A stretch of DNA of 64,000 nucleotides from Myxococcota bacterium (GCA_965250285.1 OZ252299.1:5184001-5248000), one strand, 5' to 3'. Counted from the stretch's first letter, positions 29,138 through 38,400 are shown. Numbers and translations are program-made. Notes: generated by a model from the letters alone, not told the origin.

Positions 29138-30264
29138 GGGTGCTCCGCGCGCGTTCGCTCGATGGCGTCTTGCATGTCGTCTGCGGCCCGCTCCCAATCG
29201 AAGCGCTTCGACCACTCGAGGGCCTCCGCCGACATGCGGGTCGCGAGCGCATCGTCATCGAGCAGCCGCGCGATGCGATCAGCGAACGCGTCGACGTCCT
29301 CGTCGGGCACCAGGAAGCCCGTCTCTCCGTCACGCACCGAGTCACGCAGCCCATCGGCATCGGTGGCGACGACCGGGGTCCCGGTCGCGTTCGCCTCGAT
29401 GACCGTGAGCCCCCAGCCTTCCTTCTCGGAGGGGAAGACGCAGACCCGCGCTTCGGAGAGCAGCCGGTCGCGCTCTTCGGTCGATACGAAACCGGTGAAG
29501 TGGGTGCGCGGGCCGAGACCCAGTTCGTCCGCGAGTCGCTCGAGCTCGTCCTTTGCGGGGCCGCGTCCGATCACGACGATCTCGGCGTCGGGGAAGCGGC
29601 CTTCGAGCTGTTGCATTGCGCGCAGCATGACGTCGACCTTCTTATAGACCTCGAGTCGACCCACGAAGATCACTCTTCTGGCTCGGGGCCGATTCGGATC
29701 GACGGAGATCGACGGGCGGTCGATGCCGGGGTGGCTCACTCGAACGAGATCGCCCGCGATGCCCCGTCGTACGAGATCATCGCGCGAGCTCTCCGAGATC
29801 GCGACGAATGGGCGTGACCGGTAGACCGGAGGGATGCCGCGTTCGAGGGTCCAGACGCCGGCGGCGATCGGCCAGGGCACCTGCTGGAACGCGACCTCTC
29901 CGAAGAGGTGATGGCAGAGCGCGAGCACGGGCTTCGCCGACCAGGCCGGGGAGAACCACGGCACCTTGTTCAGACACTCGACGACGACGTCGACTTCACC
30001 CCGCTTCGTCAGCCGCCTCGCTTCGATGACCGACGCAGGGTAGTAGCGGGCGAGCCCGCCGAGCCGGCGCACCTCGACATCGTCGACGATCTCGGTCTCG
30101 GCGCCGCCCGTGAAGCTGGCGGCCAGATGGATCACCGTGTGCCCGCGGCGCGCGAGGCGGCCGAAGATCTCGGTCACGTGAATCTCGGCCCCGCCCATCT
30201 TCGGGTGCTTCGGATCGCGTTCGTTGAGGATCAGGATGCGCGCGGGGCGAGAGGCCTGGGTCAT
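29134..30264 (-). CDS. Glycosyltransferase family 4
   Basis: GGAEIH, FVGRLEVYKKVD, PSEKEGWGLTVIEANATGTPVV, DGETG. Confidence 0.95.
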   Translation of the reverse strand: MTQASRPARILILNERDPKHPKMGGAEIHVTEIFGRLARRGHTVIHLAASFTGGAETEIVDDVEVRRLGGLARYYPASVIEARRLTKRGEVDVVVECLNKVPWFSPAWSAKPVLALCHHLFGEVAFQQVPWPIAAGVWTLERGIPPVYRSRPFVAISESSRDDLVRRGIAGDLVRVSHPGIDRPSISVDPNRPRARRVIFVGRLEVYKKVDVMLRAMQQLEGRFPDAEIVVIGRGPAKDELERLADELGLGPRTHFTGFVSTEERDRLLSEARVCVFPSEKEGWGLTVIEANATGTPVVATDADGLRDSVRDGETGFLVPDEDVDAFADRIARLLDDDALATRMSAEALEWSKRFDWERAADDMQDAIERTRAEHP

Positions 30265-30298
30265 CGAGGCGTGGATCTTCGGCGTACGAACGCCGAGG

Positions 30299-31015
30299 TC
30301 AGAGCCAGCCGAGGCGATCGGCGACGCGCAGCCACCACACGACCCACAGGGCCTCGAGGCCGATGCGCAGCGACAGCTTCGATTCACCGCGCGTGCGGTC
30401 GAGGAAGAAGAACGGGATCTCCTTGATGCGCGCACCCTGCTTCACGAAGCGATAGTTCATCTCGATCTGGAACGCGTAGCCGTCGGCCTTGATTCGCTCG
30501 AAGCCCATCCGCTCGAGCAGCGCGCGTCGCACGCAGCGAAAGCCGCCGGTGGTGTCCGAGATGGGCAAGGCCGTGACCGCCTTCGCATAGACGTTGCCGA
30601 AGTACGAGATCAGGATGCGCTCGATCGGCCAGTTGACGACGGTGATGCCGTTCAGGTAGCGCGAGCCGAGCACGACGTCGTGATCTTCGATTTCGCGCAG
30701 CATGTCCTGAATGTTCGAAGGCGGGTGCGAGAAGTCGCAGTCCATCTGGATCACGATCTCGGCACCGAGCTCGAGCGCCTTGGCCAGGCCTGCCCGGTAC
30801 GCGGCGCCGAGGCCCTGCTTCTCGGTGCGGTGGAGCACGTCGACGCGTCCAGTCTGCTCGGCCAGGTCGTCGGCGATCTTCCCCGTGCCGTCGGGCGAGC
30901 CATCGTCGACCACGAGCACGCGGATCTCGGGGTGCTGGGCCAGCACCTCGGGCACGATGAGGGGCAGGTTCTCCGCCTCGTTGTACGTCGGGATCACGAC
31001 GATGATCCGGGCCAT
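30299..31015 (-). CDS. Polyprenol monophosphomannose synthase-like GT2 (Dpm1/Ppm1 family)
   Basis: VIPTYNE, VDDGSPDGT, GLGAAY, MDCDFSH, GSRY, DTTGGFR, GYAFQIE, DRTRGESK. Confidence 0.93.
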   Translation of the reverse strand: MARIIVVIPTYNEAENLPLIVPEVLAQHPEIRVLVVDDGSPDGTGKIADDLAEQTGRVDVLHRTEKQGLGAAYRAGLAKALELGAEIVIQMDCDFSHPPSNIQDMLREIEDHDVVLGSRYLNGITVVNWPIERILISYFGNVYAKAVTALPISDTTGGFRCVRRALLERMGFERIKADGYAFQIEMNYRFVKQGARIKEIPFFFLDRTRGESKLSLRIGLEALWVVWWLRVADRLGWL

Positions 31016-31183
31016 GGGCCGCTCCTGAGCGAGGGCACGAACTCTACTCCGCGCGAGGGGGCGAGGACAAGCAAAGCCGACCTGCGTGACGTGAGTGCGC
31101 CGGGAGGGCCCTCTGGTGGCGCGGTCCCGGGCCTCGAAGGGGTTTCGCGCGCACGTGTCGCGTGCCCCGGTAGAATTCCGCCG

Positions 31184-31786
31184 ATGATCGACAACGCGTT
31201 CCGTGCGCTCCTGCCCGACCGCGTCGGTCCGCTCGTGCGTCTCTACGAGCGGCTCGGCCTGAGTCCGAACCAGCTGAGCTTCGTCGGCTTCGCCGTGGCG
31301 GTGGCTGCCGCCTCGGCCGTGGCGGTCGGGCACGCCGGGCTGGCCCTCGTGCTCTGGTGGATCTCGCGGCTCGTCGACGGGACCGACGGCATCTATGCCC
31401 GCGAGACCGGCCAGGCGACGCGGTTCGGTGCCTACCTCGACATCGTGCTCGACATGGCGGCGTACAGCGCGATGGTGCTCGGGTTCGCGTGGCGTCACCC
31501 CGAGCTCGGCTGGGCGTGGATGACCATGCTCTTTCTTTATGTCCTCTGCATCACGAGCGCGCTGGCGCTCGGGGCCGAAGAGGCCGAGGCCGGGCTCGAC
31601 GCACGGGACGATCGTGGACTTCGTCTCGGCGCGGGGCTCGCCGAAGGGGGTGAGACCGGGCTCGCCTACTCGGCGATGCTGCTCTTGCCGGGCTGGCTCG
31701 AGCCGCTCGCGATCATCTGGATCGCGGTGCTGTCGACCACGGTCGTCGCGCGCACGTTGCTGGCCGCGCGCAACTTGCGCAGCTGA
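31184..31786 (+). CDS. CDP-alcohol phosphatidyltransferase family protein
   Basis: Signature DGTDGIYARETGQATRFGAYLDIVLD; SPNQLS; hydrophobic. Confidence 0.92.
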   Translation: MIDNAFRALLPDRVGPLVRLYERLGLSPNQLSFVGFAVAVAAASAVAVGHAGLALVLWWISRLVDGTDGIYARETGQATRFGAYLDIVLDMAAYSAMVLGFAWRHPELGWAWMTMLFLYVLCITSALALGAEEAEAGLDARDDRGLRLGAGLAEGGETGLAYSAMLLLPGWLEPLAIIWIAVLSTTVVARTLLAARNLRS

Positions 31787-31835
31787 ATCGGCCCGCGCAC
31801 GCTGCTGGCTGCGCGCAACTCGCGCGTCTGAATCG
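31749..31835 (+). repeat. Direct tandem duplication (period 45 bp) of the last codons and stop of the CDP-alcohol phosphotransferase gene
   Basis: 31749-31790 versus 31794-31835: 37/42 identical, both ending ctgaatcg. Confidence 0.85.
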
Positions 31836-32048
31836 ACGCGGGGTCGGCGCGCCATCGATCCCGCTCTGACGCAGCGTTTCAACAGGGCTGCAATCGCGAG
31901 CCACGTCACGTTCCCGGTGCTGGCAGACGCCTCAGGCGGCCCTCACCCTCAATTCGGTGACGCAGATCATCAAGGATTCGGGCGTTCGGGGCGATGAGAG
32001 GGGAGCCGCAATGACGGCGCACCTCTTTCCCCCAGAGAGCCGGAATCC

Positions 32049-32876
32049 ATGTCGAATCGTCGTGCCACACGTCTTCTTCTCTCGACCCTCATCGCCCTGT
32101 CGATCTGCGTGCCCGGCGTGGCCGCTGCCGACTGGACGATCTACCTCGCAGGTCATCTCGGGATCGCGACGGGCAAGGGTGAGGTCTCGGGCGTCAACGC
32201 GGGCGCGGTCGCGTTCGACGACGACGACCGCGACTCGGCGCCCATGATGTCGGGCTCGGTGGGGCTCGCCGTTCCGATGAACGAGCTCATGGCCTGGCAG
32301 CTGCCTTACGGGCTCGAGCTGCCCGACTGGTCGGTGCGCCCCGAGTTCGAAGTGACGGGTCTGCGCGACTTCGAGTACACGACGCTCCTGAATGAAGGCG
32401 CGACGTTCGACGACGTCTGGGTCTCGAACAGCTCGTCGCTGTCGATGATGGTGAACACCTGGTTCGACGTTCCTACGACGATCCTCACCCGCCCGCTCGC
32501 CTGGACGCTCCAGACCCGCAAGACGACGATGAACCGAATCCTCGACCCGATCACCTTCTACGCGGGCGCCGGCGTCGGCGCGGCGAAGCTCGAGGTCAGC
32601 GCCATCAGCACGTTCCCGGAGCAGGCGCGTGGCAACGACTGGAAGTTTGCCTGGCAGGTGGGCTCGGGTTTCGGCTACCGGCTCACGCCCTACGTGACGG
32701 TCGATCTCGGCTATCGCTTCTTCAAGACCCGCGAGGCCGACCTCGAGCTGCTCGACGCCGGCGGCAACCCGGTGGACGGCAGCGCCTTCGGCCTGACCGA
32801 GCGGGTGCACGAGTTCCGCGCCGGTCTTCGGGTGAACGTCTGGTCGTTCACGAGCCCGTGGGAGCGTCTCGAGTAG
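32049..32876 (+). CDS. Outer-membrane beta-barrel protein (opacity porin/OmpA-TM-like)
   Basis: Signal peptide ending AAA-D; FYAGAGVG, FAWQVGSGFGY, VDLGYRF and terminal beta strand EFRAGLRVNVW. Confidence 0.85.
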   Translation: MSNRRATRLLLSTLIALSICVPGVAAADWTIYLAGHLGIATGKGEVSGVNAGAVAFDDDDRDSAPMMSGSVGLAVPMNELMAWQLPYGLELPDWSVRPEFEVTGLRDFEYTTLLNEGATFDDVWVSNSSSLSMMVNTWFDVPTTILTRPLAWTLQTRKTTMNRILDPITFYAGAGVGAAKLEVSAISTFPEQARGNDWKFAWQVGSGFGYRLTPYVTVDLGYRFFKTREADLELLDAGGNPVDGSAFGLTERVHEFRAGLRVNVWSFTSPWERLE

Positions 32877-32992
32877 GACGAACCGGCTGGCCGGGGCCGC
32901 GCGCGCCCGACCGCAGTCGCCCTCGGTTGGACACCCGATCAGCCGATCCGGTTGCAGCACCCCTTCGCGGGCCTCCCTGCTAGCCTCGGCGC

Positions 32993-35308
32993 GTGCGCCG
33001 ATCCCCCTTCTTCCAATCCGCGTTTGCGGCCCTGTGCGTGGCGTCTCTGCTCGCCGTCGCGCTCGTCGTCGTGCCATCGACGTCGACCGCGCAGCGTGCT
33101 CGCTCGCCGCGGCTGCGTTCGCCGTCGTCGGCCGAGCAGCCGGTGCGCATGCAGTACAAGGGGGTCGCGATTCAGCGCGTGATTCGCGAGGTCGGCGAGG
33201 CGACCGACACGCGGATCGTGTTCGGCGATGATGTTCGGGGTGTCATCACGATCTCGGTGCCGAAGCCGGTCAGCCACGACGAGGCGCTCGCGCTGCTCGA
33301 CGCCGCCCTGCAGCTCAAGGGCTATGCGCGCGTGCCCGCCGGCGGCGATGCGACCAAAATCGTGCCGATCACGCAGACGGCGACCGACGCCGAGTTCGTC
33401 GTGCGAGACCTCGAAGACGAGAGCGAACGTGCGATCACGACGCTCGTGACGCTCGACTTCGCGTCGGTCGACGAGGTCGTCGAGACGATCCAGCCGCTCG
33501 CGCCGTCGAATGGCGCGATCGTCGCGTACGAGCCGACCAACTCCATCGTCATCTCGGGCACCGAAGCGGCTCTCGGTCGGCTGATCTCAGTGGCGCGGGC
33601 ACTCGACGCCGCTGCGGCCGAGCGCTTGTGGGCTCGGGTCATCCGCTACCGGGACGTCTCCGAAGTCGTGACGGTCGCTGAGATCGCGCTCAACGAGGGT
33701 TGGAACGAAGCCAACCAGATCGAGTTCTTCGCGGATGAGCGCACGAACCTGCTCCTCGCCCGCGCGCCGCAGGATCGGCTCGACGAGCTGCGCGCCTTCA
33801 TCGAAGAGTTCGATCGATTCGAGGCCGGCACAGGCACGCTGCACGTCGTTCGCGTTCTGAACCGAGACGCCGACGAGATCGTCGAGATCATCGGAGCGCT
33901 GCAGTCCGGGGCGGCGCGCGACGACGGGCGCCAGACGCGCCGAGACAGACCGCGCAACGACCTCGAGCCCGAGACGCCGAGCCGGCTGCCCACGTCGGAG
34001 ACCGCGAGGAGCCTCGAAGGCCTGCAGTTCGCGTTGACGTCCGACCCGCCCTCTCGCTCGATCATCATTCAGGCGGCGCAGGCCGAGGCGCAGATCGTCG
34101 CCGACATGATCGCCGAGCTCGACAAGATTTCGCCGCGCGTCGCCGTCGAGATCTTCTACTACGAAGTGCAGCGGCCGAGCAGCTTCCTGATGTCGCTCGA
34201 CTTCGTCGGCACGGTGAATCCGGGTGGCAACGACGACCGGGCCATTCGCGTCCAGTCGATCCCGGGCAGCGGGACGACCGAACCCGACCCTCAGAATCGC
34301 GGCGTTTTCGGTCGGGTCTCGGGCTCGCCGCTTCAGGTGCCCTTCGAGAACCCGATCACCGGTGAGACCGAGGTGCTCGAGTTCCCTTCGAATGAAGCGG
34401 CGATCAACGCTTCGGAGACCGGCATCACCATCGCGCTGGTCAGCCGGCCTTCGCTCACCGTCTTGTCGGGTGACGAGCACGAGCTCTTCATTGGCAACAA
34501 CGTGCCGATCCCGATCTCGAGCAACCCGACGGCGGCGGTGACGAATGACGACGGAACGACCACGCAGGGCACGATCAACCCGCTGATCCAGCAGCAGACG
34601 ATCGAACGACAGGATGTCGGCGTCACGTTGCGACTTCGGCCGATCGTCGGGGAAGAGGGCGACATCCAGCTGGGTTTGACGTTCGAGATCTCGGACGTCG
34701 TGCCATCGGCGGTCGGGCTGCCTGCCTTGGAGGTCGGCGTCACGCTGTCACAACGCACGGTCGAGTCGAATGCGTCTCTGAGGCCCGGCGAGAACCTGGT
34801 GGTGGGGATGGCGGAGGATCAGGCGACGCGAGAGTCGAAGTTCGGCGTGCCGTTCCTGATGGACATCCCCGGGCTCGGCTTGTTCTTCTCGCGGATCGAA
34901 GAGCAGGTCGTCGATACACGCATCATCATCGCTGCGCGGGCGCGGCTGCTGAGGTCGCCCGCCGACGACGTCGCCGAGTCGATCCGCCGTCGGCTCGCTT
35001 TCGAGCGATCGATCTCTCGGGTGAACGACATCGAGAAGCTGCCGAATCGCCCTTGGGCCGTACGTCTCGCGACCTTCGAGCAGCGCTCGTCGGCGCGTAC
35101 GGTGGCCGATGCGTTCGACGAAGACGGGTACGTCACCCGCGTATCGCGGTGGGAGGGCTCGGACGGCTTGCCCTATTGGGACGTCTACCTGATCGGGTAT
35201 GGCGACTACCAGACGGCTTCGATCGTCGCGATGCAGGCAGCCGAGGCGGATTGGGATGGCGAAGTGCTGATGGTGCCCGCGATCAACGAGCTGGCGCCGC
35301 AGGAATAG
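32993..35308 (+). CDS. gspD: Type II secretion system secretin (GspD-like) with C-terminal SPOR-like domain
   Basis: Signal peptide; N0 domain (FGDDVRGVITI); N repeats (YEPTNSIVI, ADERTNLLL); secretin domain (IERQDVGVTLRLRP, GVPFLMDIPGLGLFF); extra ~80-aa tail. Confidence 0.82.
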   Translation: MRRSPFFQSAFAALCVASLLAVALVVVPSTSTAQRARSPRLRSPSSAEQPVRMQYKGVAIQRVIREVGEATDTRIVFGDDVRGVITISVPKPVSHDEALALLDAALQLKGYARVPAGGDATKIVPITQTATDAEFVVRDLEDESERAITTLVTLDFASVDEVVETIQPLAPSNGAIVAYEPTNSIVISGTEAALGRLISVARALDAAAAERLWARVIRYRDVSEVVTVAEIALNEGWNEANQIEFFADERTNLLLARAPQDRLDELRAFIEEFDRFEAGTGTLHVVRVLNRDADEIVEIIGALQSGAARDDGRQTRRDRPRNDLEPETPSRLPTSETARSLEGLQFALTSDPPSRSIIIQAAQAEAQIVADMIAELDKISPRVAVEIFYYEVQRPSSFLMSLDFVGTVNPGGNDDRAIRVQSIPGSGTTEPDPQNRGVFGRVSGSPLQVPFENPITGETEVLEFPSNEAAINASETGITIALVSRPSLTVLSGDEHELFIGNNVPIPISSNPTAAVTNDDGTTTQGTINPLIQQQTIERQDVGVTLRLRPIVGEEGDIQLGLTFEISDVVPSAVGLPALEVGVTLSQRTVESNASLRPGENLVVGMAEDQATRESKFGVPFLMDIPGLGLFFSRIEEQVVDTRIIIAARARLLRSPADDVAESIRRRLAFERSISRVNDIEKLPNRPWAVRLATFEQRSSARTVADAFDEDGYVTRVSRWEGSDGLPYWDVYLIGYGDYQTASIVAMQAAEADWDGEVLMVPAINELAPQE

Positions 35309-36251
35309 CGGCAGGGGCTCGTTCCGCGTGAACGTGCGCCGCGGCAACCGGACGGGCGAGCTCGCCCGAGACCACGCCGCGCTCGTCGACGCGGAGGTTC
35401 GGCAGGCCCAGAGCGTCGAGCCAGTCTGCGCCGGCATCCCCCTTCAGCAAGGCGATGGTGGTCGCGCTGCCGGCGATCACGCACTTGGGTGCCACGACCG
35501 TCGCCGACCGCAGGCCCTCGACCGGCCAGCCGGTACGGGGATCGAGCAGGTGTGCATAGCGCCGGCCATCGACCATCATGAATCGCTCGTAGTCGCCGCT
35601 CGTCGTGATGCCTCCGTCGAAGAGGGCGACGGCGGCGATCGCGCGTTCGGGCGCGCGCGGGTCGCGAATGCCGACGCGCCAGGGCTCGCCGTTCGGCCGG
35701 GGGCCGATCACACGGATGTCACCGCCGAGGTCGACGAGGCCGCTCTCTGCACCGAGTAGCCGCGCCACCTCGGCCACGCGATCGGCAGCGTACTCCTTGA
35801 CGACGCCCCCGAAGTCGAGCTGCATCCCCGGTCGTTCGAGGACGAGATGCGGACGCTCCCAGCGAACGTGCTGCCAGCCGACCCGTTCTAGGACCCGCTT
35901 CACCTGGGCCTCTTCGGGGAGGCGCCCCGACTTGAAGTCCCAACACTCGCGAAGCACGCCCGCGGTCAGATCGAAGAGCCCGTCGCTCTCGTGCCACACG
36001 GTCTCGGCATAGTCGAGGAGCGCCGCCGTCTCGTCATCGACGGTGATGCCCTGCGCGTCACCGGCACTGCGATCGATGGCAGCGGTGAGGCTGTCGTCGC
36101 GAAATCGAGAATATTTGCGCTCGAGCCGTTCGACCTCGGCATGGAGTCGGTCGGCGAGGCGTTCGTTGATCTCGGGGGCATCGCCGTGGAGCTGGATCTC
36201 GCATGGACTTCCCATGGCGCGAAAGCGAAAGCGCGAGAGTCCCCCCATCAT
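35283..36251 (-). CDS. apbE: FAD:protein FMN transferase
   Basis: RAMGS, FDLTAG, LDFGGVVKEYAAD, DLGGDI, WRVGIRDP, TTSGDYER, HLLDPRTG. Confidence 0.95.
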   Translation of the reverse strand: MMGGLSRFRFRAMGSPCEIQLHGDAPEINERLADRLHAEVERLERKYSRFRDDSLTAAIDRSAGDAQGITVDDETAALLDYAETVWHESDGLFDLTAGVLRECWDFKSGRLPEEAQVKRVLERVGWQHVRWERPHLVLERPGMQLDFGGVVKEYAADRVAEVARLLGAESGLVDLGGDIRVIGPRPNGEPWRVGIRDPRAPERAIAAVALFDGGITTSGDYERFMMVDGRRYAHLLDPRTGWPVEGLRSATVVAPKCVIAGSATTIALLKGDAGADWLDALGLPNLRVDERGVVSGELARPVAAAHVHAERAPAAIPAAPAR

Positions 36252-36253
36252 CG

Positions 36254-37555
36254 TCAGAATCGACCGCTGATTCGGCCCGACAGAAGCCCCCAACGCACGA
36301 GGCCGGGGTTGGCGACGGATACCGGCTGAAGCGCGAACTTCGCCTCGCTCCAGTAGTAGTCGTACCCGATGCTCATCTGCCAGACGGCCCATTTCGTCAG
36401 CCGATCGAAGTTGCCGACGAAGCGGACACCCGCCTGGACCGCGCCGAAGGGCGACAGTCGATAGTCGCTCGAGTAGAATTCCTGGTTGCGCGTCTCGAGA
36501 TAGGGGGCGTAGAAGAACGGCTGGCTCTGGCTGTAGTAACGCGCCGACGGCACGAACTGAAATCGGTCGCCCATGGGCTGGTACCAGGCGGTCGTGATCG
36601 CGAGCGATCGCACGTCCCAGCTGTCGAAATAGCCCTGCACGTCGAGGTGCCACGCTGCTTCGGGGCCGCTGAAGAACTGTCGGTAGCGCGCGAGCAGCGT
36701 GTGCTGGTTTCGGGTCTCGGGGCGCGTGTCGTTGCCGCGCTGGTCGACGGCCGCCCAGAAGTAGAAATCCTTGTAGGGATCGCTCAGGAAGCCCGCGTTG
36801 TTCTTGTACGTGTAGCCGAGCTGTACGACGGCCGAGCGCGAGAGCAACTGAGAGATGCTCGCCGACACGGTCCGCGTCTTCTTGTCGTACTCGTCCTCGC
36901 GGTCGTGGATCTGCGCGTCGGTCGGGCGGATCGTGTCCCACGAGAACGCCATGCTGCCCGCGAGCGTCGTGTTCTTGTCGTTGTAGCTGCGCTCGGCCGA
37001 GAAGCCGAAGTTGCCCGAGCCGTAGTCGTTCTCGGTCGAGAAGCCGCCCGACATCGAGAGCCGACCGCGGTCGAAGTAGTGGTTGACCGAGAACTGCCCG
37101 TCGACGCGCTGGTCTTCGATCGTGGCGCCGGTCATGGCGGCGACCGGTCGGCCCGACGGATCATCGACGCCCGGCGCATCGAACGCCGGCAGCACGTACC
37201 AGGGGCTGGCGCCCGACATCGTCTCGAAGGTCAGGTCGACGCTCACGTCGATCTGGCTCGTGACGGGCGCGAGGACGTTCAGCTGGTAGGCCTGGATGCT
37301 GAAGCGTTCGTTGCTGCCGCAGAGCTCGCCGGCGCAGTTGTAGTCGCTGATGTCGGCTTCTTTGTACCAGGAGCCCGAGAAGTCGGCCTGCCAGGCATCG
37401 GTCGGCGCATCGGCATGCGCGACCGGCGCGAGCCCGGCGAGACCCGGCAGCGCGAGCGCGCTCTTGGTGAGCGTCTCGAGCGTCCGGTTCTTCGGCTTCC
37501 TCGAGGCAGTCTGCGACGCGTCAGCGTCGCCGGTTGTCCGTTCGTCTAGTTGCAC
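36254..37555 (-). CDS. DUF3570-family outer-membrane beta-barrel-like protein
   Basis: Signal peptide (ALALPGL...AHA); SGASPW, STENDY, NDKNTTL, GFLSDPYK, RPETR, YSSDYRLSPFG; C-terminal Phe; located between DUF4266 and apbE. Confidence 0.85.
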   Translation of the reverse strand: MQLDERTTGDADASQTASRKPKNRTLETLTKSALALPGLAGLAPVAHADAPTDAWQADFSGSWYKEADISDYNCAGELCGSNERFSIQAYQLNVLAPVTSQIDVSVDLTFETMSGASPWYVLPAFDAPGVDDPSGRPVAAMTGATIEDQRVDGQFSVNHYFDRGRLSMSGGFSTENDYGSGNFGFSAERSYNDKNTTLAGSMAFSWDTIRPTDAQIHDREDEYDKKTRTVSASISQLLSRSAVVQLGYTYKNNAGFLSDPYKDFYFWAAVDQRGNDTRPETRNQHTLLARYRQFFSGPEAAWHLDVQGYFDSWDVRSLAITTAWYQPMGDRFQFVPSARYYSQSQPFFYAPYLETRNQEFYSSDYRLSPFGAVQAGVRFVGNFDRLTKWAVWQMSIGYDYYWSEAKFALQPVSVANPGLVRWGLLSGRISGRF

Positions 37556-37773
37556 CCGCAGCCGCCTCCGCCGGCCGCCGTGCCCGGCATCGTTGCTTCC
37601 TTACTGAACTGGATGTGGCCCTGCAGTGCGGTGCGCTGCGGATCGAAGTCGAACTGCATGTCCTGACGTGCGAGATCGGCGCGCTGCCACGGCTTGACGC
37701 GCATGCAGCCGACGCTCGAAGCGACGAAGCACACGACCAGGGTGACGAGCGCGATGCGAGTGAACCGGGCCAT
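37546..37773 (-). CDS. DUF4266-family small lipoprotein
   Basis: Lipobox SVGC, VKPWQRADLA, SKEA and C-terminal GGGGCGCN; TAATG coupling to tlpA. Confidence 0.9.
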   Translation of the reverse strand: MARFTRIALVTLVVCFVASSVGCMRVKPWQRADLARQDMQFDFDPQRTALQGHIQFSKEATMPGTAAGGGGCGCN

Positions 37774-38306
37774 TACTTCTTCTTCCGGATCAGGCGCGTC
37801 GCCTCGGCCTTGATCTTGTCTGCGTCGCCCTTGTGGTAGCCGCGGTGGACCACGCGTACGACGCCATTCTGGTCGATGAGATACGACGTGGGCATCGTCT
37901 CGAGGCCGAACTGCTCGGGCAGCTTGCCTTCGGGATCGGATGCGCTCGGGTAGCCGACGGGCTTCTTTTCGAGGAAGCGCAGCGCCTTCTTCGGCTTCTC
38001 GTCGATGTTGATCGCGACGATCTGAAACTTCGACGCCGGCATCTGCTTGCGAAGCTCTTCGAGCTCGGGGAGCGATGTCAGACACGGCGGACACCAGGAG
38101 GCCCAGAAGTCGACGTACACGACCTTGCCGCGATAATCGGAGAGCTTGACTTCGCCCTTGCCGTCGAGTGCAGGCAGATCGAACGCCGGCGCACGATCGC
38201 CCGCTTCGAGTGCGAGTGCGGTCGGAGCGGCGAGCAGCAGGCCCGTCAGCGCAGCAGAGAACGTGAGCAGGACGCGAGCGCCCGAGCGGGGGGTGCGGTT
38301 CTTCAT
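37773..38306 (-). CDS. TlpA/ResA-family thiol-disulfide reductase
   Basis: Signal peptide; APAFDL, GKVVYVDFWASWCPPC, MPTSYLID. Confidence 0.93.
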   Translation of the reverse strand: MKNRTPRSGARVLLTFSAALTGLLLAAPTALALEAGDRAPAFDLPALDGKGEVKLSDYRGKVVYVDFWASWCPPCLTSLPELEELRKQMPASKFQIVAINIDEKPKKALRFLEKKPVGYPSASDPEGKLPEQFGLETMPTSYLIDQNGVVRVVHRGYHKGDADKIKAEATRLIRKKK

Positions 38307-38400
38307 CGAGGTGGCTCCCATCTGATCGTGATCCGGTGGACCTCGCCGAGTCGCCGCACTCGAAGCTTCGAGCCGAGCAGACGGGCGGGGCCCGCAGGCC

